64,000 bases of DNA. It comes from Eledone cirrhosa (Eukaryota). The notes below the pieces were generated by a model, which worked only from the letters and a program-made list of their open reading frames with translations, ran no database searches and was not told where the DNA came from. Below, one piece after another: positions 1-12,849 of the stretch (positions are counted from its first letter, which is position 1; the number at the start of each line of letters is the position of its first letter). A program made the position numbers and the translations under genes. The stretch spans positions 79,050,001-79,114,000 of the forward strand of contig OZ024745.1 of the NCBI GenBank assembly GCA_964016885.1, in the 5' to 3' direction.

Positions 1-1381
1 TACCACCTTAATCTTTAAGTGGGTCTTTCTCAGGGCCTTTCTATACTGGTTAGCTAATTTCCCTCCAGGGGTAGCGTCCACAAACATGATACTCTGGTAT
101 CTCTGGTTGTCGTACCATGAGGTGGCTTTCCCTATCTAAGCTATTCATGATTTGCTCCTGTATAATGGGCAAATTCCTTTCATGTCCAGTTCTATGAGGG
201 TCTTATACTTCTCTGTGGCTCCTTCGTATACTCTGATTCTGTCTCTTTGGTTGTAGCCAGAGAACTGCATGCGGTTGATGAAGTGTTGGATGTGTCTTTC
301 CATTTCTGTTGGGTCGCACATGCGGGACACGTTCTTCATCACTCGTACCAAGTCTACGATCAGAATATTAAACTTAGCACTACTGGACATTGCTGAGTTT
401 TTGAGTATCAGGTATTTGGAGGCCATGGGTTTAGTATAGTGTGAGTGGAGAATTTGAGCTCTCTCGTCTATAGTGTTAATCCAGAGTTCCATGTCTAATA
501 CAGGTAGTCTATTGTTAGGGTGTTTGGAAAGGTAGTCGATAGTTACAGTTATACTCTGGTGTATGGAATTAGCTATCTGCTGGATGCTTTCCATTGTGTT
601 ACGTTCTAAATCAAACTTGTTAGTGCTCTCTAGTGGGGATGTTCTTATAACTATATTGATATCGTCTACATAACGAGAGTACATGATGAGGTCTATGGCG
701 CTCTCATTAAGGAGATCTTTAAGTCTCCTTTCCCACCATACCATTAAAAGGTTGGCAACGTCACCAGCTATGCTGATGCCAATGGCTGCTCCCTCATTTT
801 GGGTGTAAATCTCGTTGAACTTGAATATGTGGCCCTTTAGGGTAGTTTTGATACTAGCCCCTATTGCATGTGCGACCATTTTTCTTACCTGATCATTGTT
901 TTGGGGGGTCCGTATAGCTTTGGTCCACCCAATCCACCTTCCCATGGGAGTCTTTTTAGGCATTGAGGTTATGGTGGGGGGGTCTACCTCTTATGGGTCT
1001 ACTGGGGCAGAAACGTCTAAGGTCATGGCTGTCTAGGTAGTCAGTGTCTAAGTTAGTCTAAGTAGGAGGCCCAGTTCGTCTGTGTCGACATCGCAGAACT
1101 CCACCTCACTCTCAATGATCATCTCCACACATTTTTCCAGACTTATCCGTGGGTAAACATACTACCTCACCATCCCTTGTGCGCTGCTTGAGGCTAACCA
1201 AGCCTTCTACAGGTTTCCTCCCAAGTTGTTGTACCTCTGACCTGCTCTGTCTCTTAGTATACCGGTCTACTATTTGTCTAATCTTATTTCTAGCTATGGT
1301 GAACTGTGCCTCTGTCTCGTCATCTATTTGTTGTGGTATGCAAACTCTTTTATTATTATTATATGCAAAGATTATGTGCAA
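1..1381 (-). mobile_element. Penelope-like retroelement, degenerate RT region; continues beyond the left edge
   Basis: ORF 145..963 has Q..GAAIG-S-AGDVANL, YSRYVDD, LPVLDMEL and HYTKPMAS, typical of PLE RT. ORF 1112..1381 has the upstream ...LPTDKSG motif. The frames are broken. Confidence 0.8.
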
Positions 1382-1596
1382 CGAAAGAACTTTGATAAAC
1401 TATATATATGTTTGTGTCTATATTGTATCTGTAATCTGTATTTTTGACCGTTGGTCAGTCAATGGCAACATTGAGGAGCGAATAAATTAAATTAACCGAT
1501 ATAAAAGACACAGAAGCGAAAAGCGAAAACCAACCAAACAGTGTGTTCTGTTATTAATTCTGGCAATATTACACAAATATGACCCTCCCCAAGTAT

Positions 1597-2801
<1,205 letters not shown>

Positions 2802-3021
2802 AGTTAGAGAAGCAAAAAATTGCTTATTGTGATCCAGTTTTTGGTTAAGAAAGCCAGCTATTTGCAGTATAGCAATATAAGGTTGCACTTACCAATGAAA
2901 CGGTTGTAAATACCTGGATTAAATCCTTCTCTTAATGCTTACCTGTGTTTTCTCTTTTATTCATTTATATATACATATATATATATATATATATTCATTT
3001 ATATATATATATATTCATAAT

Positions 3022-3338
3022 GGAGGCACATGGCTTGGTGGTTAGAGCATTGGCCTTGCAATCGAAAGGTTGTGAGTTCAACAGACTTTATTTCACATTG
3101 CTCCAGTTTACTCAGCTGTAGAAATGAGATGATAGGGACTGGGGTCCATATCATTCCACTGCAAAGTGGTCATGGAGGTGCCATGGCAAAAAAAAAAAAA
3201 GCACCCAGCACTCACTGTAAATGAGGTTGGTGTTAGGAAGGGCATCCAGCTGTAGAAATCAAGCCAGAGTCAGTTCCCGTCCCACCCTTGCAAGCAGGGA
3301 AAAAGCGGAAGTAAAATGAAATGAAATGATGATGATGA
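3022..3338 (+). mobile_element. tRNA-derived CORE-like SINE with RTE-type tail (family 1), internally deleted
   Basis: A box TGGCTTGGTGG, B box GAGTTCAA, CORE-like CTTTATTTCACATTGCTCCAGTTTACTCAGCTGTAGAAATG, (GAT)n tail; matches 55039-55371. Confidence 0.85.
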
Positions 3339-3404
3339 TATATATACATATATATATATATTCATTTATATATACATATATATATTCATTTATATATATA
3401 CATA

Positions 3405-4061
3405 CGAACTAAGGGAAAAATTATAAATAAGAGGGATCAGATGTTGTTTACTCGAGAGAAGGCTACGTTGGTATGGTCACGTGATGCGCATGAAAGACGA
3501 CAGCTGTATAAAAAAGTCCAGGGCAATAAAAATAGACAGTAGCCACGGAGGAGGCAGACCCAGAAAAACCTGCGACGACCTGATAAATTCCGACCTCACA
3601 CACTTCCACCTCTCCAAGACAATGTCACTGGACCGAGACCTTTGGCGGTACTCAGTAATAGAGAAGACCCGCCTTACCTAAATACAAAGTAAAACCTACT
3701 ACAGTCAGTAGGCATCTCTAACAAAATACACCCCCGTCCCACCACCCCCACCGCCCCTTTCAATGTAAAGTTATGTTGGTGCCACAACATCCAGGCCGAA
3801 ACAAATGAGATCGTGTAGGCGTCACGATAAAAAAAACACACAGTCCACGCTGTAATGTGGCCGTGTAGGCAACACGGTAAAAACCTCCCAGTCCCACACT
3901 GTAAATGTGGTTGGTGTTAGGAAGGGCATCCAGCTGTAGAAAACCCGCCAGACAGTCCTATGCGAGCTAGACAACCACTCTTGCCTCAAGTGGGAAAACT
4001 CCCGTCCAAACCCATGCAAGCGTGGAACATGGACGTTAAACGATGATGATGATGATGATGA
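3405..4061 (+). mobile_element. RTE LINE subfamily A, 5'-truncated 3' fragment
   Basis: Near-identical to about 10008-10651; GRPRKT..DRDLWR; (GAT)n tail. Confidence 0.9.
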
Positions 4062-4146
4062 CATACATATATATATATATTCATTTATATATATATATAC
4101 ATCATATATATATTCATTTATATATACATATACATATATACATATA

Positions 4147-6815
4147 TATCATCATTATCATCATTTTACGTCTGCTTTTCCCTGCTTGCAAGGGTGGGAC
4201 GGGTCTTATTCAGCACAGCATCTCTCCACTTGTCACGGTCCTTCGTCATCTCCACCTTGAGCTTCAGCAATCTGAGGTCTGTTCTCACCACCTCCACCCA
4301 TGTTTTTCGTGGTCTACTTCTACCACGTCTTCCTTCAACTGGCATTTCTTCACCAATCTGTCATCTTCCATGCGCATCACATGTCCATACCACCTCAGTC
4401 TCCTCTCTCTCACACTGCATTCTATCCCTCTCAGACACAGTTTCTCTCTCAACACATTCATGCTGGTTCGTTCACGCACATTGACATTGCACATCCAACG
4501 GAGCATGCTTGCCTCATTTCTCTCCAGCCGTCGCATATCCTCTGCAGTTGTTGCCCATGTCTCACTACCATGCAGCATCGTGCTCCTCACACAGGCATCA
4601 TACAACCGGCCTTTCGTACGCAGGGAGAAACCCTTCTTCGTCAGCAGAGGAAGCAGCTCCCTAAACTTCTTCCAACCCGTCCTTATTCTAGATACTATGG
4701 CCTCGGAACACCCCGCCTCCCATGCTAAATCTGATCTCCTAGGTACCGGAAGCTATCCACCACTTCTATAGCCCCCGCCTACATTTGAAAAATGTGTCTA
4801 TCAATGCGACTTCTACTGTCTAATTTCCCTGTACATCTACTGCATACGTATTTCTCCCTACCTGTTAGTTTCCCTGCTATCCCACTACATATCTTGTGTA
4901 CCCAGGATCTGCATTGTGTGCATTTTATAAAATTTATGCCAGTTCCTTTTCTGCATATCGAACATGGCCATTTACCTGTCGGAATCAGAATTTTGCCCTC
5001 TTTTCTACTCATCAACACTTTTGTCTTACCTAGGTTCACTCTCAGTCCTCTTCCAACTGCTGTTTCCATAGCCAGAATTTATTCTCTAGCTCCTCTACTG
5101 ATTCTGCTATAAGAACCAGATCGTCAGCATAGAGAAGTTCCCATGGACAGCCAGTCTTAAACTCCTCTGTTATGGCTTGGAGAACTATAATGAACAAGAG
5201 CGGGATGAGCACCTAACCTTGATGTACTCCTACTTGTATCTGGAATTCCTCACTAAACTTCATTCCTACCCTCACTTTACTGACAGTACCTCGGTACAAG
5301 CCATTCCTCAACACCTAGTTTCCTTAGGGACCACCAGATGACAGATCGGGGTACCCTATCAAAGGCCTTCTCTAGGTCAACAAAGGCTAAGTATAGTGGC
5401 TTATTTTTCTCTAAGAACCTCTCTTGTAATTGTCTCACCAACAAGAAGGCATCTGTTGTACTCTTCCCAGGCACAAAACCAAACTGCTTCTCATCTAGTT
5501 TGATCCATTCTCTAATTAGTTGTGCTAATATCCTTTCTGCCACTTTCATGACCTGATCCATCAGTTTTATACCCCTATAATTGCTCCTCTCCAGAGCATC
5601 CCCTTTACCTTTGTAGCAATTTATGAGAATACTGCTGCACCAGTCTTTGGGTATGACACCACCATATATAGCCTGATTGATGATGCGTGCAACCAGTTTA
5701 GTGCCTACGTCCCCTGATGCCTTCAGCATCTCAGCAACTATCCCCGATGGTCCAGCAGCCTTACCCTTTTTCATTTCCTTAATCACCTCTTGGACCCTAT
5801 ATATCGTCAATCTCAATAGCTGGTCCCTCTGTCGATCTTCTTTTTCGTCATATACATCTTGAAGGGCTTTCCTAAATTTGTATTTTAGTGAAAGCTCTTT
5901 TAGCTTCCAGACCTTTCTTCTCCACACCTTCCTGTATGTCTCATTCCATCTCTTGCTTACTGAGATATCACTAACGACTAACCTATGCTGTGGGGTATAT
6001 TCTTCTCCAGGGTATGCCTTGGTATTAGACACCATCTGCCTGTCCCGCTGCCTAATTAGTAAGAAGTCAACCTGGCTTATGTGCTCGCCTGATTTGTAAG
6101 TTATTAGGTGGTTGGTAGGTTTCTGGAAGTTAGTGTTGCAAATAGTCAGTGTACTTGCATCACAGAATTCAAGAAGTCTCACTCCTTCATTTCTTGAGCC
6201 ATAACCATGCCCACCATGTACCCCAGTGTAACCATCCTGCAGCTGTCCAACATGACCATTGAAGTCCCCTGCTAGCATAACGATGTCTCCGTCCTCTGTC
6301 ATTGCGGTTGTTTGTAAAAGTTGCTCGTAAAAGCAGTCTTTCTCTTCTTTGCCTAGGCCTGCTTAGGGAGCATAGGCAGAGATGATTGTCAGTAGTCTCC
6401 TGCCTACAACTAATCTAAGCTTAATTATTCGATTACTAACTCGAACTACCTCAATTGTCTTATTGATCCATCTCTCAGCCAGGAAAATGCCTACTCCCCC
6501 AAACCCATCATCCTTACCTACCCAGAAAAGCTTATAGCTAAGATGTTTGCCTGCGATTAGTCTCGCAGAGGCACTTTTCCATCTCACCTCTTGCACCAGC
6601 ACACATCCACATGCCTTCTCTCCAGCATCTCCGCTATTTCAGCAGATCTACCTCTGAGAGTGCCAACATTAAGTGTTGCAACTCTGAGATGCGACGTCTT
6701 CATATTTTGTTGTTCCTATATACTTGTTGTTGTGCTTATAATCATTTTGGCATTGATACACTGGTTGGATGCCCTTCCTAACACCAGCGCCACTTTACAG
6801 CATGGACTGGGTGCT
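4147..6815 (-). mobile_element. RTE LINE subfamily B, degenerate (APE + RT + PHD)
   Basis: ORF pieces RVATLNVG, QEVRW, AYAP, GDFNGHVG, AFVDLEKAFD, YADD, KWPCSIC..WVHKIC..C..C; (GAT)n tail at 4147-4163. Confidence 0.9.
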
Positions 6816-6818
6816 TTT

Positions 6819-6922
6819 ATTTGTTTTATAAATGGTGACATACCCAAGAAACCAGACCTTATCGGTTCAACTGAACCGATAAGGTCTGGTTTCTTGGGTA
6901 TGTCACCATTTATAAAACAAAT
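6819..6922. repeat. Perfect palindrome, 51-bp arms, 2-nt spacer
   Basis: 6819-6869 is the reverse complement of 6872-6922. Confidence 0.95.
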
Positions 6923-6926
6923 TTTG

Positions 6927-6987
6927 TATTTTATCTGATGAGAGCGTACCAAAATTTTGGTACCCTTGAAATATATATAATAAAATA
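6927..6987 (+). ncRNA. Minimal type I hammerhead ribozyme motif (PLE-type)
   Basis: Stem I TATTTTAT/ATAAAATA; CTGATGA; stem II GAG(C)GTACCAAAA/TTTTGGTAC(C)CTT; GAAA; palindromic stem III TATATA; cleavage triplet AUA. Confidence 0.7.
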
Positions 6988-7136
6988 AATATGGTTTACA
7001 TAAATATAGTTTCCATTTATTAATATTATTGATATTATACTCCAGAAAATCTGTAGAGTAGAGTGCTTCGAATCTGTTGTAAATAAATTTGTTGAATAAC
7101 CAACAAATTAAATATCTCTTTGCTTATATATATATA

Positions 7137-10100
7137 AATTCACCTCGTGGACGAGAATGCGAGCACTCCTCTTTGTTTCGTCCGCGGATGGCTAACATAA
7201 CCCTATCTCCCCCCGCCCCCCACCACCCCCACCCTCCAAACGCAACCCAAAACTTCAGAGTTGGTACCATAAATGTAGGCACCCTAAAGGGTCGCGCTAA
7301 CGAGGTTGTAGAAATGCTTGAACGTAAGGAGGTCGATGTTTGTTGTATTCAAGAGACCAGGTGGAGGGGTGGGTCTGCTAGATTCATTGAGGGTACGATG
7401 TTATAAGCTTTTCTGGGTGGGAAACGACGATGGGCTGGGTGGAGTAGGAATCATGGTAGCAGAAAAGTGGGCAGATAAGATAATAGACGTAAATAGAGTG
7501 AACGACAGAATAATTAAAATACGACTTGTCCTCAATAGAACTACGGTGACAGTAATATCTGCATACGCACCCCAATCCGGATTGCCCGGCACTATAAAAG
7601 ACAGATTCTATGAGACACTGTTGCTAACTACCTCCCAAATATCTGACAGTGACTATATAATTATTGCAGGCGACCTAAATGGTCACGTTGGACAACATTG
7701 TGACGGCTACGACGAAATCCATGGAGGCTATGGGCTTGGTACTAGAAATGAGGAAGGCTCCAGAATCCTGGAATTCTGTGATGCAAATAACCTAACTATC
7801 TGTAACACTAACTTCAAAAAACGTGACAATCACCTGATCACCTATAGATCCGGGGAACACACAAGCCAGGTAGATTATATCCTTACCAGAAGACGTGACA
7901 GAGTGTCTGTTGTAAACACTAAATCCCTCCCCCATGAAGAATGCACCTCCCAACATAGACTGATAATTAGCGACCTCATAGTCAGGACGAGACGTACTCG
8001 ACAGCAGAAGAGGACTATCCTCAGGAGAAAAATATGGAAGCTAAAGGACCCCACAGCCAGAAATAAATTTCAAAGCATATTACTTGATGCTTTCGACAGT
8101 AAGGAAGAGCATCTAGAATCGGACAATATAGAGGGACAGTGGGAATTTCTGAAAGCAAACCTGCTGTTGGCGACAGACGAAGTCTGTGGCTGGAGCAGGC
8201 CTGTAGGCAGGAGGAGAGTAACATGGTGGTGGAACAGTAGGGTGGAGGGGTCAATTAAGGCCAAAAAGCAGGCTTGGAAAGTATGGCGGGATGGGGGAAG
8301 TAGAGTAGACTATCAAGTGGCCAGGAGGGAAGCTAGGAGAGAAGTGTACTTAGCAAGAAGGGAAGCTGAGGAAAGAAAGTTCAAGCATGTTCTACAACGC
8401 GATGACCAAAAACGTGAGGTGTTCAGGATTGCTAGGCAATGCGTCAAGGAAAACCGTGATATTGTCGGGGAGAAGTGTGTACTTAACGATGATGGCATAC
8501 TTGCCATCACCGACACTGATAAGAAGGTAGCTTGGAAGTGTCACTATGAAAGGCTACTAAATGAGGAGAATAAATGGGAGAAAGACAGTCTCCCCCATAT
8601 CGACCCGATAGAGGGACCAGCAGTGTTAGTCGAGGGGAGTATAATAAGTAAGGCAATCAAGGATATGAAGACGGGTAAGGCGGCTGGGCCTTCGGAAATA
8701 GTTGCTGAGATGCTGAAGGCATCTGGCACGGTGGGACACACCATGGTCACCCGCATAGTTAACCAAGTCGTACAGAATGGGGTTGTTCCGAAGGACTGGC
8801 ATAGCAGCATCATCGTTAACTGTTATAAGGGTAAAGGAGACGCCCTAGATAGGAGTAACTATAGAGGCATTAAATTAATCGACCAGGTCATGAAGGTCAC
8901 GGAAAAAGTAATAGCGCAACTAATCAGAGAGAGAATTGACCTAGATGAAATGCAGTTCGGGTTTGTGTCAGGCAAAAGCACCACAGACGCTCTTTTCATA
9001 GTACGACAACTACAGGAGAAGTACCTAGCTAAAGGTAAACCCCTCTACTTAGCTTTTGTCGACCTGGAGAAAGCCTTCGACAGAGTCCCCCGCTCCATTA
9101 TCTGGTGGGCTCTTAGAAAACTAGACGTTGACGAATGGCTTGTGAGGGCTATACAAGCCATGTATAAAGAAACAGTCAGCAAGGTTAGAATTAACAACGA
9201 ATATAGTGAAGAGTTTAGCGTAAAAGTTGGCGTCCATCAGGGCTCTGTTCTCAGCCCCCTACTATTTATTATTGCCCTTCAGGCTATAACAGAGGAGTTC
9301 AAGACAGGCTGCCCATGGGAACTCCTATACGCAGACGACCTGACACTCATAGCGGAATCAATGGCCGAGCTAGAGAAGAAATTCCAAACATGGAAGCACG
9401 GCCTAGAGTCAAAAGGACTTAAAATTAACCTGGCTAAGACCAAAGTTCTAGTTTGTAGGAAAGAAAACAAGGCGGCGATCCCTTCTGGGAAATGGTCGTG
9501 CTCGGTGTGTAGGAAAGGCGTAGGTAGAAACTCCATTTTATGTCCTAAATGCAAAGTATGGGTGCATAAAAGATGTAGTGGGATCACAGGTAAGCTAACT
9601 AAGAACATAGATTTTACATGTGGCCGGTGTTCTGGTGCAATAAGTAGCAGCAAGTGCCCACAAAATACTAGCTCTTTCAATTGCGCAGAGGGTTCTATAG
9701 AAATAGTGGACAGCTTCCGTTACCTGGGCGATAAAATCAGCAGTGGGGGAGGGTGCTCTGAAAGTACTGTAGCTAGAGTCAGAACTGGTTGGAAAAAGTT
9801 CAGAGAGCTTATACCACTATTAGCTGCTAAAGGGTTCTCCCTAAAAATGAAAGGCAGGTTGTACAATGCCTGCATACGAACAGCAATGCTGCATGGCAGT
9901 GAGACCTGGGCATTGTGTGCAGAGGATATACACAGACTAGAGAGGAACGAAGCTTGCATGCTCCGCTGGATGTGTAACAGTAATATACGTGAACGGCAAA
10001 GCATAAACGAACTAAGGAAAAAATTAGAGATAAGAGGGATCAGATGTTGTTTACTCGAGAGAAGCCTGCGTTGGTATGGACACGTGATGCGCATGAAAGT

Positions 10101-10651
10101 CGATAGCTGTATAACAAAGTGCAGGGCAATAAAGATAGACGGTAGCCACGGAATAGGCAGACCTAGAAAAACCTGGGATGAGCTGATAAACTCCGACCTC
10201 ACACACTTACACCTCTCCAAGACAATGTCACTGGACCGAGACCTTTGGCGGTACTCAGTAACAGAGAAGACCCGCCTTGCCAGTAGGCATCTCTAACAAA
10301 ATACACCCCGTCCCGCCACCACCCCCACCCCATCCACACCACCCCGTTCTATGTAAAGTTATGTTGGTGCCGCGCCATCCAGGCCGAAACAAATGAGATC
10401 GTGTAGGTGTCACGACAAAAAAACACACAGTCCACGCTGTAATGTGGCCGTGTAGGCAACACGGTAAAAACCTCCCAGACCCACACTGTAAATGTGGTTG
10501 GTGTTAGGAAGGGCATCCAACTGTAGAAAACCTGCCAGACAGTCCTATGCGAGCAAGACAATCACTCTTGCCTCAAGTGGGACTACCCCCGTCCAAACCC
10601 ATGCAAGCGTGGAACACGGACGTTAAACGTTGATGATGATGATGATGATGA
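7137..10651 (+). mobile_element. Near-full-length RTE LINE subfamily A (APE endonuclease + RT with inserted PHD finger)
   Basis: ORFs 7089..7406 and 7318..10296 are joined by one 5-nt deletion near 7395 relative to the 50-53 kb copy; GDLNGHVG, SQHR, FVDLEKAFD, GVHQGSVLSP, YADD; (GAT)n tail. Confidence 0.95.
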
Positions 10652-10694
10652 TATATATACACACACACACGTTTATATTATGGCTAAAAGGTGA

Positions 10695-10746
10695 ATCTTA
10701 TTACTCTAGAATTTCGTCTATTTATCACAGGGTCATGAGACAAGAT
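10695..10746 (-). ncRNA. Decayed type I hammerhead motif
   Basis: Minus strand ATCTTGT-CTCATGA-(ccctgt gata aatagac)-GAAA-TTCTAGAG-TA-ATAAGAT; core and stem II carry substitutions. Confidence 0.45.
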
Positions 10747-11135
10747 AAATAAATATTAAAATTCTACCTTGGTATTGAGTACCCCTTTTTTCTCAGCCAT
10801 CAATTACATGCGGATATAGATATATATATATATATATGCAAGGGTAAAATATTGTCTAGACATGTATCCACAATATGCGTGTTTGTAAGAATTTTATTTA
10901 TATTCACACATAAATAAATAAATTTTAAAAATTATGCACTATAGTTTAGTAACTGCCTGTGAATTTATTCGAGAATTGTCACGTGTGGGACTTATCCGGA
11001 AGTCAATCAAGTCGATTGGGAAGATCGCAGAGCCAGAATAAGGAAGCGACATTAGCCTGAATTGGAGGACAGTTCGGACTTCCAAGGTGCCTTGTGGAGT
11101 AATTATATATATATATTTATATATATGCATGTATG

Positions 11136-11177
<42 letters not shown>

Positions 11178-11429
11178 CAGACGATTGAAATATTTCTAGA
11201 AAACGGGTCCCATCACACCTCATTTTGTGCCTGGTTTGTCCATATGATATCATATTTCGGTGCCCTTGTAATAAATATAGAATTCTTATTTCATACAGCA
11301 GTATTCAAAAATGTCTCCCTCAATACATAGGTGTGTATAAGGTAGATGATATGATTAGCCAGGTAGGACGAATAGAAAATAAACAAAATGATATGCAGAT
11401 AGATGGGTGAATGAGAGTGTGTATGCATG

Positions 11430-11660
11430 ACACGCCGTTCCGTTCAACAAGACACTTTATTTGACGCTGCTCCAGTCCACTTAGTTGGCAAAAATGAGTA
11501 GTACCCGAGCTTCAAAGGGCCAGTCTTGTCACGCTGAATCTCCTTGATAATTACCTTAAGAGTGCATGCATTTGTGAAATGCTCGGCCACTTGCGCCTTA
11601 ATTTTACGAACAAGCACTTCCTATGTCCTTTTGATAGAACAGCCGGAAAATTTGTCAGAA
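11430..11660 (+). mobile_element. Old CORE-like SINE remnant (different tail; related to 42345-42560)
   Basis: CAAGACACTTTATTTGACGCTGCTCCAGTCCACTTAGTTGGCAAAAATGAG followed by GCCAGT..TTGTCAC..GCTGAATCT. Confidence 0.55.
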
Positions 11661-11744
11661 CAGATGGAACATCAACACAAACAATATTACTAATTCATGA
11701 AAGACGACAAAAAGCAGAAGTACAGTTAAGGTGGTGATACTTAC

Positions 11745-11836
11745 AACGGCAACTTTAGCATCAGGTCGGATTTGTGAACTCAAGGCCTTGCGGATAAGAG
11801 CATTCGAACCGGCGTACAGGGTCCGACCAGCGGAAA
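11745..11836 (-). CDS. GATD3: Coding exon 2 of a probable mitochondrial ES1/GATD3-like (DJ-1/PfpI) protein: (F)SAGRTLYAGSNALIRKALSSQIRPDAKVAV
   Basis: Acceptor ttttacag and donor gtaagt; 92 nt, phase 1 to 0; RPDAKVAV resembles ES1 RPAARVAL just before VLSGCG; the remaining exons are not in the window. Confidence 0.5.
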
Positions 11837-12833
11837 CTGTAAAAGATAACATGATGATTGTTTCTTAAGCAGACACTCTAAAATGATATTTAAACTACGC
11901 CACGAGTGTATTTTCTTCAGTTACAGCGACGGGTTACGGAAATTACCGAAAGTTACCGAAATTATTACAGACTTGGAAACTCACGCATATACACATACTG
12001 TATGTGTGTATATATATATACATACATACACACATATATATAATTAGAGAGAGAGACAATCAGACTAGCAAGGACAATCGATTATTTTTTTAAACAATGC
12101 ATGATAGTTATACAAATGCAGAAGAATAAATTGAAGGTTGAAACGTACGTTCCGAAGGGTATTTAATGACATAGTAAGAAATTTCTATCACGAATCAAAC
12201 CGAGTAGTGAATAAGTGTTCTCTCTGCTGTGTTTATATAAAACCATTTCAATTCATTCATTTAAAACATGTTTATATATTACGATAGTAATATATTTTAC
12301 TTTCACTTCCTTTATATCTTTTAAGGTATTTTATTTTTGTATTTGACATTTGACAGTCTACATTGTTGGACCGTCCCTGTCTACAACCCAGATTCTAGGT
12401 GCAAATGCGACACACTAATAAATTAGAGTGGATACCTCTGCTTGCCTTGTCGACTTAACAAAGTACGTGACGGTAGATATTATAATTGGCGGTATTTCGT
12501 TGTAAATAGACGCCAATTCTAAAAATGTCATTAAATATTACTAACAACTGTTTCAACAGAAATAAAATTAAAGTGAACGATATCTGATTGATCTGTATAA
12601 AGGAAGGAAATATCGCAGCATGGACTTAAGATAATCCCTTTTCCACGTTTCTGCTGAAATTTGACTTAGGAAAAGAAAATAATTAGAATTAAATTTATTT
12701 TTATTATATTTGCTAAAGATTAAAGAAAATTATTAAACTTCCATTGTATTACAGCTGAAGTAGGTCGTAGTGTTGTTTAATGCAACTTCCCAAAGTTGAC
12801 TGAAGTTGCCTTGTTTACATCGTGTCAACCTAC

Positions 12834-12849
12834 AACGCAGGATCGCCAT
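12834..12849 (-). CDS. Candidate first coding exon (MAILR+T) of the ES1/GATD3-like gene
   Basis: ATG GCG ATC CTG CGT T|gtaggt gives phase 1, matching exon 11836; the joined N-terminus is an Arg-rich, acid-poor transit-like peptide. Confidence 0.45.

Noticed and set aside
3022-3082. tRNA genes at SINE heads (both families)
   Set aside because: No complete cloverleaf; each continues into SINE body and tail.
11238-11268. GAAA + TATGATATCATA palindrome as a hammerhead (minus strand)
   Set aside because: No CUGANGA core, and G at the cleavage position.
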